Shown here one piece after another: positions 1 to 9,807 of a DNA stretch of 64,000 nt (position 1 is the stretch's first letter; each line of letters starts with the position of its first letter). The position numbers and the translations under genes were made by a program. Origin of the DNA: Thermodesulfobacteriota bacterium (GTDB lineage Bacteria; Desulfobacterota; Desulfarculia; JACQYL01); contig CAXXLZ010000002.1 in assembly GCA_963675595.2 (NCBI GenBank), positions 4,128,001 to 4,192,000 of the forward strand, given 5' to 3'. The notes under the pieces were generated by a model. That model saw only the letters and a program-made list of their open reading frames with translations. It searched no databases and had not been told where the DNA came from.

Positions 1-1179
1 CAATCGCTTCTGGACGCCTTTTTGTACAAACCGGTCAATCAGTCGCTGTTGTTCGACACCATTGTGGAGCTGTTCGGGCGTAAGGATCGAACCGCCGGAA
101 GGCCCGCTCCAACCGCTCAAGTCCCGTCGGAGGACCTCTCCGATCTGCCGGCCGGAAAGAAGATTCTGTTGGTGGAAGACAATCCCATCAACCAGGAAAT
201 TGTCCGGGAATGGCTGGAAAGCGCCGGGGTAGCCGTCGAAATTTCCAACAACGGCGCCGAAGCGGTCGAGCGTCTAAGCCGAGAGGGCTTCGACGCGGTG
301 CTCATGGACGTGCAGATGCCGGTGATGGACGGGTTGGCCGCCACGGAGCACATCCGTAACAAACTGGGCCTGAGCGAGTTACCCATTATCGCCATGACCG
401 CTCACGCCCTGGCGGGAGACCGGGAAACCTGTCTGGCGGCCGGGATGAACGATTATGTCACCAAGCCCATCGATCCGTCGGCTTTCTTTGCGGCCCTGTC
501 TCGCCAACTGGCCGGCGTTGAATACCATTCCGACGTTGAGGCGCAGGCTGAACCTGGTCCGGCTCCGCCTGAACTGCCCGGCATCGATACCCGCACCGGC
601 CTCCTACGAGCCAACAACAACCTGCGGCTGTATCTGAAGTTGCTGAGGTCCTTTGCCGCGGATTACGGATCGGCTCTTGATCGCATGACAGCCGACCTGG
701 AAGCGGGCCGGACGGAGGCCGTAATTCGCGAAGCCCATTCGCTCAAGGGAATCGGGGGCAATATCGGAGCCGTGGAGCTTCAGGAAAAAGCCGCGCGGGT
801 CGAACAGGTCCTAACCGCGGGTGAATTGGACCTTGAGTCCGCCGACTGGACCGAATTCGCCGGAGCGCTGCAACAGGTGTTGCACGGGCTGGCGGAAGCC
901 GATCTGACCGACCCGACCGATGGTGTCGGGGCACCCGTCGGCGACCCCGGACCGGACCCGTCCCAATGGCCGGATCAGTTGAAAAGACTGGCGGCATTAC
1001 TGGATGAAGACCTGGAACAGGCTCGCAGCCTGATGGAATCACTGCGGCCCGGCCTCTCCGAGTCGTCCGCCGCCGAACTTTTTCTTGAATTAACCGAGAA
1101 AATGGATAATTTCGAGCTGGACGAGGCCGCTGAAATATTGGAAAGTCTGATCGCCTTCGAGCCTTGGAAGAAGGGATGA
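1..1179 (+). CDS. Hybrid sensor histidine kinase, C-terminal part (receiver + Hpt domains); 5' end outside the window
   Basis: Frame open from base 1; receiver motifs ILLVEDN/VLMDVQMP/AMTA/KP; Hpt motif AHSLKG. Confidence 0.9.
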   Translation, partial: QSLLDAFLYKPVNQSLLFDTIVELFGRKDRTAGRPAPTAQVPSEDLSDLPAGKKILLVEDNPINQEIVREWLESAGVAVEISNNGAEAVERLSREGFDAVLMDVQMPVMDGLAATEHIRNKLGLSELPIIAMTAHALAGDRETCLAAGMNDYVTKPIDPSAFFAALSRQLAGVEYHSDVEAQAEPGPAPPELPGIDTRTGLLRANNNLRLYLKLLRSFAADYGSALDRMTADLEAGRTEAVIREAHSLKGIGGNIGAVELQEKAARVEQVLTAGELDLESADWTEFAGALQQVLHGLAEADLTDPTDGVGAPVGDPGPDPSQWPDQLKRLAALLDEDLEQARSLMESLRPGLSESSAAELFLELTEKMDNFELDEAAEILESLIAFEPWKKG

Positions 1180-1183
1180 TCCC

Positions 1184-2101
1184 ATGTCGGAAACCGACAA
1201 CAGAAGAAAAATTCTCATCGTCGACGACAACAAACAAAACATCGAAATGCTGATGGACCTGTTCAAGGCCGAATACCGGGTCGCTGCGGCTCTCAACGGC
1301 GAACGGGCCTTGAAAATAGCGGCTTCCGATTCGCCTCCGGACATCATCCTGTTGGACATCCTCATGCCCGGAATGGACGGGTATGGAGTTTGTCGTTTGT
1401 TGAAGAGCGACGAACAAACCATGAATATTCCGGTGATTTTCGTCACGGCCGTGTCCGAGGTCATGGACTCGACACGAGGGTTTGAGACCGGAGCCATAGA
1501 CTACATCACCAAACCGTTTCATCCTCCCACGGTCCAGGCGCGGGTGAGGCTCCACCTGGAGTTGAAACACAAGCAGGAGCTGTTGGAGGAATACGCTTTT
1601 GTCGATTCCCTGACGGAACTGCCCAACCGACGCAGCTTTGATCAGCAGGCCGAAAAAGAATGGAAGCGTGCCCAGCGGTCGGGTCACCCTTTGTCCGTGA
1701 TGTTGCTGGATATCGACCATTTCAAGGAATACAACGACACATACGGGCACGGCCAGGGAGATGAATGCCTTCGCCGGGTGGCCCGATCGATTCAACGTTG
1801 CTTAAGGCGGGCCGGAGATTTCGCGGCCCGGTACGGCGGGGACGAATTCGCGGCGTTGCTGCCGTACACCAAAGAGGAGGAGTGCAAGGACCTTGCCTGG
1901 ACCATTCTTCGCGACCTGGCCGGGCAAGGCATTCCCCACGCCAATTCGTGCGTGGGTGACTGCGTGACCGTGAGTTGCGGAGTGACCACGGCCACGCCCG
2001 ACAGCGGGGCTACCGTCGACCGGATTCTACGGGCGGCGGATCGGGCCTTGTACGCCGCCAAACAAGGCGGTCGAAACACCGTGGCGGAATCCCCGCTTTG
2101 A
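1184..2101 (+). CDS. Response-regulator diguanylate cyclase (REC-GGDEF)
   Basis: Receiver ILIVDD/LLDILMP; DSLTELPNRR, DIDHFK and RYGGDEF motifs; RxxD I-site (RAGD) upstream of GGDEF. Confidence 0.95.
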   Translation: MSETDNRRKILIVDDNKQNIEMLMDLFKAEYRVAAALNGERALKIAASDSPPDIILLDILMPGMDGYGVCRLLKSDEQTMNIPVIFVTAVSEVMDSTRGFETGAIDYITKPFHPPTVQARVRLHLELKHKQELLEEYAFVDSLTELPNRRSFDQQAEKEWKRAQRSGHPLSVMLLDIDHFKEYNDTYGHGQGDECLRRVARSIQRCLRRAGDFAARYGGDEFAALLPYTKEEECKDLAWTILRDLAGQGIPHANSCVGDCVTVSCGVTTATPDSGATVDRILRAADRALYAAKQGGRNTVAESPL

Positions 2102-2273
2102 TCCCGCAGGTGGGGAACGTACGCCCTGCATCTCATCAACTTTCAGCAGCCTGCGGTCTCCGACTTTTTCAATAAACGGATAGATGGAGCACCGGGTGGA
2201 TGCGGCGAAAGAGAATAAATGAGAGGCGGGCGGCACGATCCGACCGACCCATTTGGATTCCGAAACGATGCGA

Positions 2274-2303
2274 AGCCTTCCGAATTGCCGGAAGGTTTTT
2301 TTT
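2274..2303 (+). terminator. Rho-independent terminator candidate
   Basis: gccttccg-aattgc-cggaaggt hairpin followed by a T run. Confidence 0.6.
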
Positions 2304-2694
2304 GTGCCTGGCTTTGGGGAAGCGGACTCGACGGTTTTCTTTCATGCAGGCATGTTTCCCCATGAAAGGGGAAAATGACGGGAATTACTTATGGACAAAC
2401 TCGCCGGTTTCGGGGATATTTGGTCGGAATTCGCCAAGGGCGCCATCAAACGGGTTCGTCCTATGGCATGGAAGCTAATGGTACCGTCGTCTGAACCGAC
2501 TCGTCCCGTCGGCTTCCGTCAGGGGAGTACGTTCGGCAAAGTTTCGTCGGTTCGGTCCCTGCAAAATCAACCGGCGCTGTCCCATTCTGTAACGGGTGAC
2601 AAATACGAAGTATCCATCCGTGTTGCGCATACACGGATTTCGGCGACCACAACGGAGAGGTTTGTGATGAATCGAGTCAAATCGGCGGCTTCCG

Positions 2695-3030
2695 ATGTTC
2701 GGTATTAGTATCACGCCTTGGGATATCGCTACGTTTGTCGCCGCAGTCCTTGTCACCATCTATGTGATCGCGGCCGAGAATCCATAGCCCCCGTCGGACC
2801 GCAACCATGAGGGCATCAGGCTGTGTCGGGTGGGTCTGGCGCTGGCGTTCTGGTCCATCGGTTTCGGACTCCTCGGATTCGTTTTCGCCCTGGTGGCGTT
2901 CATTCTTGGGATTTTGGGCATCGTGAAGGACAGGACGGATTATGGAATCGTCGTTATTGTCCTTTCGGTCCTTTTTCCCGCGATTGGCTTGATGGCGGCC
3001 GTAGTATCCATATTCGGTCGGAAATACTGA
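2695..3030 (+). pseudogene. Small membrane protein interrupted by an in-frame TAG at 2785-2787
   Basis: Hydrophobic MFGISITPWDIATFVAAVLVTIYVIAAENP is in frame with the hydrophobic ORF 2830-3030. Confidence 0.45.
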
Positions 3031-3193
3031 TGGTCTTCCATGGGTTGGGAAGGCCTTCATTTGGGAGGGCGCTTCGCCTCCGAACCCGAAACCGGGTCGT
3101 AAGTTCCAGGCGGATTCAGATCGTTCTCGATCAGCTGCCGGCATGGAGGAAACCCGATTTCTTCATGAGAGCCCACCTCCCCAGTCGACCTCA

Positions 3194-3303
3194 GCTTGCT
3201 GCAGAAAAACGCGATCCGCCGCGTGGCCCTTCATCCTTCGCCCCTCCGACGCACTCTATGTCCATCTTCCCTCCAACCCGCAATCATCCGACTGTTTCAA
3301 CGG
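3194..3303 (+). repeat. Dispersed repeat family B (MITE-like) copy
   Basis: gaaaaacgcgatccgccgcgtggcccttcatcc... matches copies at 3756, 7717 and 28991. Confidence 0.65.
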
Positions 3304-3586
3304 AATGTTGGAACGCCCGAGTCGGCTTCGTCCCGCCGGCGACGGTGTGAACAAATACGGCGAAAAAGAGACGCGCTCCACCCCAAAGCAAGAAAAGACA
3401 AGAAAACAGCAAGAACGGTCAAGCATGCTTCCATGATTTCTAGTAATGAAACGAACGGGTGTTGCGTAAAAAGGAGGAACGGTTTCTTGCGCGCAATCCG
3501 TCGTTTTCTCTGCCGGCGTGCTCTCACTTCGATGTGATGTTTGCCTGCTCCCTCGACATGCATAACACCCGATGTCCTGATTCATA

Positions 3587-3670
3587 AGCCTGATAAAGCC
3601 AAACCCGCTGTAAGGCGGGGACGGAAAGCCACGCGTCCATCCGGGGGTGGATAGCCGGGTTGCCGGGCGA
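3587..3670 (+). ncRNA. c-di-GMP-I (GEMM-I) riboswitch
   Basis: gataaagccAAACCcgct-GTAA-ggcggggACGGAAAGCC...gatAGCCGGGTTGCCG follows the deltaproteobacterial GEMM-I pattern, including a GNRA tetraloop. Confidence 0.85.
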
Positions 3671-3755
3671 AGGTCCTGCTCCCTTGATTCGGGAGCGACG
3701 GACCGCCTTGCGGTTAACCTCCGGAGAAGGGACCTGATCCGTAGCAACCGGCGGC

Positions 3756-3873
3756 GGGTTGTCGAAAACGCGCTCTGCGGCGTTGTTTTTCGTTCCTCGG
3801 CATTGCGCGTACTCCATGTGCGTCTCATTCCTCGGGATTTGCATGCTTTGCATCCCATCGTTTTTAAGCAGCC
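3756..3873 (+). repeat. Dispersed repeat family B copy
   Basis: gggttgtcgaaaacgcgctctgcggcgttg...tactccatgt...gtttttaagcagccc, with imperfect terminal inverted repeats. Confidence 0.7.
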
Positions 3874-4011
3874 CGGGGCAACCGGCCTTGCCCGAGCGGC
3901 CGATAGGAAAGAACCACGATCGTCCCTCGGATTTCTTAGATAGAACCTTCTTGCTTTCACATGCGGCGTTTATCGGCTTTTGTTGGTGAATTAGAGAAAA
4001 CGGAGATACTT

Positions 4012-4605
4012 ATGACCTTGTTGAGGTGTTCTTCATTGGTGGTCCTCGTTGCGGCGTTTTTTCTGTTGTTGTCTCCCAATGCGGGCGCGAGTTTGGTAAC
4101 CTACCAATTCAGCGGGACCGTGACCGTGTTCGACAACCAGGGCATGCTGGGGGATATTCCGGATGTATTGGATTGCTCAGGCAGCTTCGTTCTTGAGACG
4201 GACGGCGACAGCCCTTATGCCGTCACGGATGTCTTCGTGCAAATAGGAGGTGACTATACGTTTTCTAGTGTAGGCGACATTGCTCATTGGACCCAACGGG
4301 ACGAAGACGCAGTGGTGGGCGGCAAAGGCTTTTCAAGCTCCCTGGAGACCATCCTGGGCCTCCCCTATCGATACGGAGTCTACCTGTTTCTTTACGGAGC
4401 GTCTCCGGGTGACAACAGCGCCTATACCAGTGGACGGATCGAGGTGCGCGCACAGCAGGCAGGCCCCGATTCCTGGCCGTTCTCATTCAACGGCGATTTG
4501 GATGAATTCGTGATACAGGGGGCACCGGTCCCGATCCCGGGCGCCGCCTGGCTTCTTTTCTCCGGCCTGACCGGCCTCGTGGCCCTGCGCAGGCGTAGAC
4601 GTTGA
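4012..4605 (+). CDS. PEP-CTERM/VPLPA-CTERM-type surface protein (exosortase substrate)
   Basis: Signal peptide; C-terminal PVPIPGAAWLLFSGLTGLVALRRRRR sorting signal; GGAG RBS before ATG 4012. Confidence 0.9.
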   Translation: MTLLRCSSLVVLVAAFFLLLSPNAGASLVTYQFSGTVTVFDNQGMLGDIPDVLDCSGSFVLETDGDSPYAVTDVFVQIGGDYTFSSVGDIAHWTQRDEDAVVGGKGFSSSLETILGLPYRYGVYLFLYGASPGDNSAYTSGRIEVRAQQAGPDSWPFSFNGDLDEFVIQGAPVPIPGAAWLLFSGLTGLVALRRRRR

Positions 4606-4708
4606 ATTTCCCATTCATTTTCATAGGGTCCCCGGGGGAGGACCCAGGTTCCCCCGGACTCTCTCATGCGGGCTCCGTCCCGAAAAGACCATCGGAAAAC
4701 GCGATCTG

Positions 4709-4888
4709 TGTCAAAAGGGCGACATGGAATGCAAGTATTGGCTGGACCGGCAACGTTTTGATCTCGAAGAGGCTTTCGCGTACAATCTTTCGCCGAAGGA
4801 AACCGGACGGATCGGGAAAATCATTTATGACCATTTTGAGTATATAGAAGAACAATGGGATGAATTCCAGAGAAGGCGGATAAAATGA
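4709..4888 (+). pseudogene. DUF4160-like toxin remnant (5' truncated, frameshifted)
   Basis: Reads CQKGDMECKYWLDRQRFDLEEAFAYNLSPKENRT, then after a shift IGKIIYDHFEYIEEQWDEFQRRRIK; stop overlaps the next ATG (ATGA). Confidence 0.65.
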
Positions 4889-5213
4889 CGCAACACCATT
4901 CCATTGAGAACATAACGTTTGAAAATGATAAGATGATTCTCACCATAGATGGGACAAAGAGGACGTTTTCATTGAAAGACATTTCACCTCTGCTTGAGAA
5001 TGCCTCGGAAAGAGAACGAATGACGCTCGAAATATCTCCTTCGGGCTATGGAATTCATTGGCCCTGTTGGATGAAGACTTGTCCATAGACGGTCTCCTCG
5101 GCATTGCTCATTCCCCTTCGCAACAACGAAGAACCGCACGAAGAGAGAGCCGGTTACCCCGCGATAGGACAACGGAATACCACGCGCCTTTACACTCGTA
5201 CGTTCGGCAATAG
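4885..5213 (+). pseudogene. DUF2442-family antitoxin-like gene with a frameshift near 5063
   Basis: GYGIHWP continues as LLDEDLSIDGLLG in another frame, giving the family motif GIHWPxLDEDLS. Confidence 0.75.
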
Positions 5214-5216
5214 ACC

Positions 5217-5726
5217 ATGAAAGAACACAAGGCCGTGATTCGGCCGTTCAAGACGACCGATCTGCACGCTCTTCACCGGATGATTTGTGCGACCATTGAT
5301 GCCTCCTATTCGGAAGTATATCCGCCTCGTGCGGTTCGTTTTTTCAAAGAGTACCATTCGGAGAAGCGAATTACCGAGCGAAGTACCAGTGGGGAACTGC
5401 TGGTGCTCTTATCCGAACAAGACGGTTCCATTTTGGCCACCGGCTCTTTGATCGGCTGTGAGATCACCGGTGTTTTCGTGCATCCCGATCACCGGAAGCA
5501 AGGCTTAGGAAGGGCCGTCATGGCCGAGCTTGAAAAAAGAGCGGGAGCAAAAGGGGTATCGGAAGTCCGACTGAGTGTTTCCTTGCCCTCGAGGATGTTC
5601 TATGAACGTCTCGGTTATGAAGTTCTTGACCAGTGCGCCCTTGACGTGGGCGAGGGGGAATTGTTGAAGTATTGGCCGGGGAAAAAGGCTTTGCGGCCGC
5701 AACAACGCACGACGGACGAAGTGTGA
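5217..5726 (+). CDS. GNAT family N-acetyltransferase
   Basis: VFVHPDHRKQGLG acetyl-CoA motif; FYERLGY. Confidence 0.9.
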   Translation: MKEHKAVIRPFKTTDLHALHRMICATIDASYSEVYPPRAVRFFKEYHSEKRITERSTSGELLVLLSEQDGSILATGSLIGCEITGVFVHPDHRKQGLGRAVMAELEKRAGAKGVSEVRLSVSLPSRMFYERLGYEVLDQCALDVGEGELLKYWPGKKALRPQQRTTDEV

Positions 5727-6425
5727 ATGCGATAGCCGTGAAAGCCGTGAAAACGGCACGAGACACCGTGGAACCGGACGGATCGCTGGGGTATTCTGTG
5801 GCGGCCTCTCGGTCTTCCCCGTCACATCCGGAGTGCCTTCGATGTATGCGGAAACAGACTCCGGTCGGCGGCGGAACAACACGGCGCGGATCGCAGGCGG
5901 ATCCGCGGGAGACCAACATGGAGGAGAAAAAGGGGGTGATACGGCGCATTCTCTGCCTCCTTCAGTACTCCGAGGGGGCGTCTTTACCATCGGACCGGAA
6001 ACCGGGGGCGAGACCGGAGGGATGTCGCCCGGCAGCGTCTACCTTTGCGTGTTCGTCCCGATGTTGAAACCCCGAACCACGCCGATTCTGAAATTGCCAC
6101 TGTCAATTGCCTCTTGACGACCGGCACTTAACTTCGTAAGTATCGCTGATACCCAATGGGCGCCTTCCAACGCGCCCCCCGGGACCCCCACCAAAATCGC
6201 GGAATATGGCCGCCCGGCCGTCGATCGTTTGCCTTAGGTAATCTCGGCTGTTCCGGATCGCCGCATCCCGACGTGACGACAGGTCCGACACGCGTGTCGC
6301 CCGCCCCGCCGGACTCACTCGAACACGTCATCAAGCGGCATATCGTCGTTTTGGATATTGGTACGTAGCATCCTTCAGCTGTGGAGCCGGTGTCTCATAA
6401 CCTCATAAAGAAAGGTTCTGTGCTC

Positions 6426-7715
6426 ATGTTGTATTCCGGAACTAAGTGGAGGAGGCTTGGTCTGTGTATCGTGTTCATGCTGGGAATCTTGTGCGCCGAG
6501 GCGTACGCGTTCGTCGGGACGGAACCCTCGGAAACCGTTCAATATCCCAACGAAAGCGTGCAACTGGTGATCGTTGCGGGGAAGACGGCCTTCCAGGCGT
6601 TCGAAGGAGAAGAGCTTGGCGATCTGATGAACGACACTCCTACGGATCCCACGGGTACCTATGGCTCCATGGGGGACGTGCCCGACGAGAGTCGGATTCG
6701 AATCATTTTCATTAGAGACGGGGTGACCCTTGACAGCCTGGATTCCGCGGATATCGAAGCACTTCACTCGCTTTCCGAAACCGGAACGTTCATCGGAATT
6801 CCGGGCAATGGACACCATATGAGGGAGGTGCTGAATATCACGGATGCGTCTGATTTCGCAGACGTGGACAATGCTCAAGACAAGATATTCTTCACGTACG
6901 GCGTGCCGGACGGCGCCCGCGACGACATCCTCATCTCCACGCAGTTCGATCCCTCCGTCGGAGAACTTCTTAACGATCTGTTCGATTGGGTCGACCGTGT
7001 CCTGGCGGCGCACGGCCTGACGGAGCAAGGCACCGACCCCTGGAATTGCACATACACCAACGAATGGAAGGGTTTCCTCTACGAGCAATCCACGTACCGC
7101 TTTTCGATCAACGTCTCCAAACTGGATTCGACCAGTACGAAGTACGATTGGTACCTGGTTCACAGCAACTACCAATCGGCGATATCGGACTTCATCTGTT
7201 CCTACAGCCAACTGGTTCATTCTTGCGGACCATACACGTATGCCATGGACCTGGAGGCCACCATCGATACTTCCAATGGAGCCAAGCTGTATGATTACAT
7301 GCCCACGGGCACCGTCACCAACACAACGGAAAGCTTCACCATCGGCGCCAGTCTTTCCGGAACCACACCGACCGGCAGTGCGAGCTTTACAAAGACCTAC
7401 ACGGCTCCCGACGTGGTCATCGCGGATCAGAGCGACTACTTTCGCGACACGGCGAAATGGGTGATCAGTCTGAGAGGTCCGAGCTACTACTGTCCCTTCC
7501 TCACGTACCCGTGCAACGCGGCCAGGAATTCCTATCAGACGGATCCCGCCTTCATTGTACAGGTTCCAAAGAACAAGCCTTTGAAGTTCACTTTGAATCC
7601 GAAGATAGGTCAACGGATGGATAATCTGTGGGCGCGTTTCATCGCGTGGGTGGAGGTCACCCCGTATAAGCTTTATTGGAGCCATCAACCCATGACCGTC
7701 AAAGTAGGTCCCTAG
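6426..7715 (+). CDS. Secreted protein with a hemolysin/leukocidin-like beta-pore-forming domain
   Basis: Signal peptide ending AEAYA; AKLYDYMP...Ser/Thr-rich alternating hairpin...TYTAPD...AKWVI resembles the alpha-hemolysin stem region. Confidence 0.6.
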   Translation: MLYSGTKWRRLGLCIVFMLGILCAEAYAFVGTEPSETVQYPNESVQLVIVAGKTAFQAFEGEELGDLMNDTPTDPTGTYGSMGDVPDESRIRIIFIRDGVTLDSLDSADIEALHSLSETGTFIGIPGNGHHMREVLNITDASDFADVDNAQDKIFFTYGVPDGARDDILISTQFDPSVGELLNDLFDWVDRVLAAHGLTEQGTDPWNCTYTNEWKGFLYEQSTYRFSINVSKLDSTSTKYDWYLVHSNYQSAISDFICSYSQLVHSCGPYTYAMDLEATIDTSNGAKLYDYMPTGTVTNTTESFTIGASLSGTTPTGSASFTKTYTAPDVVIADQSDYFRDTAKWVISLRGPSYYCPFLTYPCNAARNSYQTDPAFIVQVPKNKPLKFTLNPKIGQRMDNLWARFIAWVEVTPYKLYWSHQPMTVKVGP

Positions 7716-7716
7716 A

Positions 7717-7866
7717 CAGGCCGTCGAAAAACGCGATCTGCGGCGTTGCGCTTCATCCCTCGTCACTGCGACGTACTCCATGTACGTCGCATTCCCCGGG
7801 TTTTGCGCGCCTTGCATGTCATCGTTTTTCATCAACCGCCGGCAACCGGCTTTTTTCAGCGGGTTG
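7717..7866 (+). repeat. Dispersed repeat family B copy
   Basis: caggccgtcgaaaaacgcgatctgcggcgttgcgcttcatcc...gcgacgtactccatgtacgtcgc...gtttttcatcaacc. Confidence 0.7.
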
Positions 7867-8043
7867 CCGGTGCGGACGAGGGAGAGAAAGGGCCCGGCCG
7901 CTTTTCCGGACCCTGCGGGCCGCAAGGGTCGGTCTTGATGTCCGGTGGGTCGATGGCCTTCGGGCGATTCGGGGCGGCTCCGACGTCGGAATACCGTGTA
8001 GAGCTTGAAGCGTCGGCGTCCGACCGTTGTAATCCGTGGCGCC

Positions 8044-8120
8044 GGGGGGGGCTTTTGCCTCAAGCGGTCCCCCCTTCAAAAGATTTCAAACAGGCTTCAC
8101 CGCCTTCGGCGGAGAGCCTG
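8044..8120 (+). repeat. REP-like family A copy (degenerate)
   Basis: G7...cccccttcaaaag...caggcttcaccgccttcggcggagagcctg. Confidence 0.6.
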
Positions 8121-8314
8121 AAGTATCCAAGAATGAGGTATTTTAGAGTACTTACCGGACAGTCGCCTGAGAAAAAGAGGGGAGGACACCGGTTCCTCCG
8201 GAGACGATGTGAACAAATACAATCCATCTATTCCTGCGACCGTACTCTTCTCTACGGAAGCCACCAATAAGAAAAATACATTTCCATCCCACTGTTATGA
8301 AACGAGATAGATAA

Positions 8315-9520
8315 TTGGCCTCCGGGAAACAGAACTCCGTTCTCTCCATGTCACTGATCATCACCGGCAACATGATAGGGGCCGGGATATTGGCGACACC
8401 GGTCATCATAGGGCTGTCCGGATTGGTTCCCGCCCTCATGGGGACGATTGCGACCTGGTTTTTGATGACGATATCGGCCCTGATTATTTCAAATCAGAAA
8501 ATCTTTTCTGAGGACAATACTTCGGACCTGCCGGCACTTTACCATAAAGAACTGGGCGCATGGGGAAGGTGGATAGCTGTAGCGGCAAACATGTTGATAT
8601 TGTACGGAATGCTGATTGCCTACTTGAGTGGCGTGAACGGAATTGCGGCCAGTGTGACGGCCCACTCCATCCCGTCGTGGCTGGTCATTGTCCCCTTTTT
8701 TCTACTCGCCGGAAGCATCAGCATTTTCGGCACGAGCGTGATGACCAAGGGAAATAATCTTTTCATGGCTCTTTTATGGGTTGGTTTTCTTGCAATGATA
8801 ATAATGGCGTCCCCAAGAGTCGATCTTACCCGTTTCTCCTATATGGATTGGCCTTTCCTTCCGTCAACGGTACCCGTGGTCATAACCGCATTTTGCTTTC
8901 ATCAAGTCATTCCCATGGTTTGCCATAGCCTTCAAAATGACAAGAAATCAATCCATTCGGCCATTCTGATCGGGTCTTCCCTGGGGCTTGCCATGAATCT
9001 GGCCTGGATCGTCGTGGTTACAGGTGTCGTTCCGGTTGGAGGGAGCGGGACCGCTACATTGGTATATGCTTTTGAAAAGAACCTCCCGGTCACCATCCCA
9101 CTGGCGCAGCTGATAGCGTCTCCGTGGCTCACCACGGCCGCCTTATTTTTCGCCTCAATGGCCATCCTCACATCGTATATTACGTTGGGAACGGCAACCA
9201 TAAATTTTTTGAAGGATCTCACCGAAAAACCACGTCTATCCATCTTCCTTGCCTTTTTGCCGCCATTGGCTGCGGCGCTTGTCTATCCCGATATCTTTCT
9301 GCGGGCCATCAACATCGTCGGAGGTATCGGTCTTGACTTGCTGTTCGGAATTTTTCCGGCCTATTTGCTGCTGCGCTACGGTATGAAAGGTACGCGCTGG
9401 TTCGGCCGGCTTATGATGATCGCGTTTTTCATTGTTCTGATACTTGAAATCGGGCAGGAGTGCGGGGTGTTGTCAATTCGCCCCGGCGTGGAATCGTGGA
9501 ATCCGTTGACGGATTATTGA
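8315..9520 (+). CDS. Aromatic amino acid permease (Mtr/TyrP/TnaB, HAAAP family)
   Basis: LIITGNMIGAGILATP, PVVITAFCFHQVIP and AILTSY motifs; about 11 hydrophobic segments. Confidence 0.85.
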   Translation: MASGKQNSVLSMSLIITGNMIGAGILATPVIIGLSGLVPALMGTIATWFLMTISALIISNQKIFSEDNTSDLPALYHKELGAWGRWIAVAANMLILYGMLIAYLSGVNGIAASVTAHSIPSWLVIVPFFLLAGSISIFGTSVMTKGNNLFMALLWVGFLAMIIMASPRVDLTRFSYMDWPFLPSTVPVVITAFCFHQVIPMVCHSLQNDKKSIHSAILIGSSLGLAMNLAWIVVVTGVVPVGGSGTATLVYAFEKNLPVTIPLAQLIASPWLTTAALFFASMAILTSYITLGTATINFLKDLTEKPRLSIFLAFLPPLAAALVYPDIFLRAINIVGGIGLDLLFGIFPAYLLLRYGMKGTRWFGRLMMIAFFIVLILEIGQECGVLSIRPGVESWNPLTDY

Positions 9521-9746
9521 AGTCGGCGGAAAGGTCCCCCGCCGCACTTATCAACGAAAAACGGAAGGTCGGTTATCCAGCGGTTGTCACGGAATCCTGC
9601 GAGGAAACCGTCATTAGGGTGATGTGATCGGTCTTTCTTCTTGCACCGGGCCCGACCGATCCTCCGGCTCCGGAGATTCCGGGCGCCCGCCCTCCTTTCG
9701 GCTTATCTCTGTGCGGCGAGGCGGTACTTGTGATATGACATGGCCC

Positions 9747-9768
9747 CGCCATATATGAATATATGGCG
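9747..9768. promoter_or_regulatory. Perfect 10-2-10 palindrome, candidate ArsR/SmtB operator
   Basis: CGCCATATAT-GA-ATATATGGCG. Confidence 0.5.
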
Positions 9769-9807
9769 ATTTAGTAATACAATAAAATTAGGTAATCCCT
9801 TCTACCC

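Noticed and set aside
3587-3670. cGAMP-sensing (GEMM-Ib) riboswitch variant
   Set aside because: The specificity position is G rather than A by manual alignment
5726-6380. Possible gene remnant beginning MEEKKGVIRR
   Set aside because: Short, no identifiable family, and conflicting overlapping frames
6375-8063. Long antisense and overlapping ORFs (for example 6375-8063, 25474-27000, 51133-52728, 743-1795)
   Set aside because: Shadow frames of well-supported genes in GC-rich DNA, with no recognisable motifs
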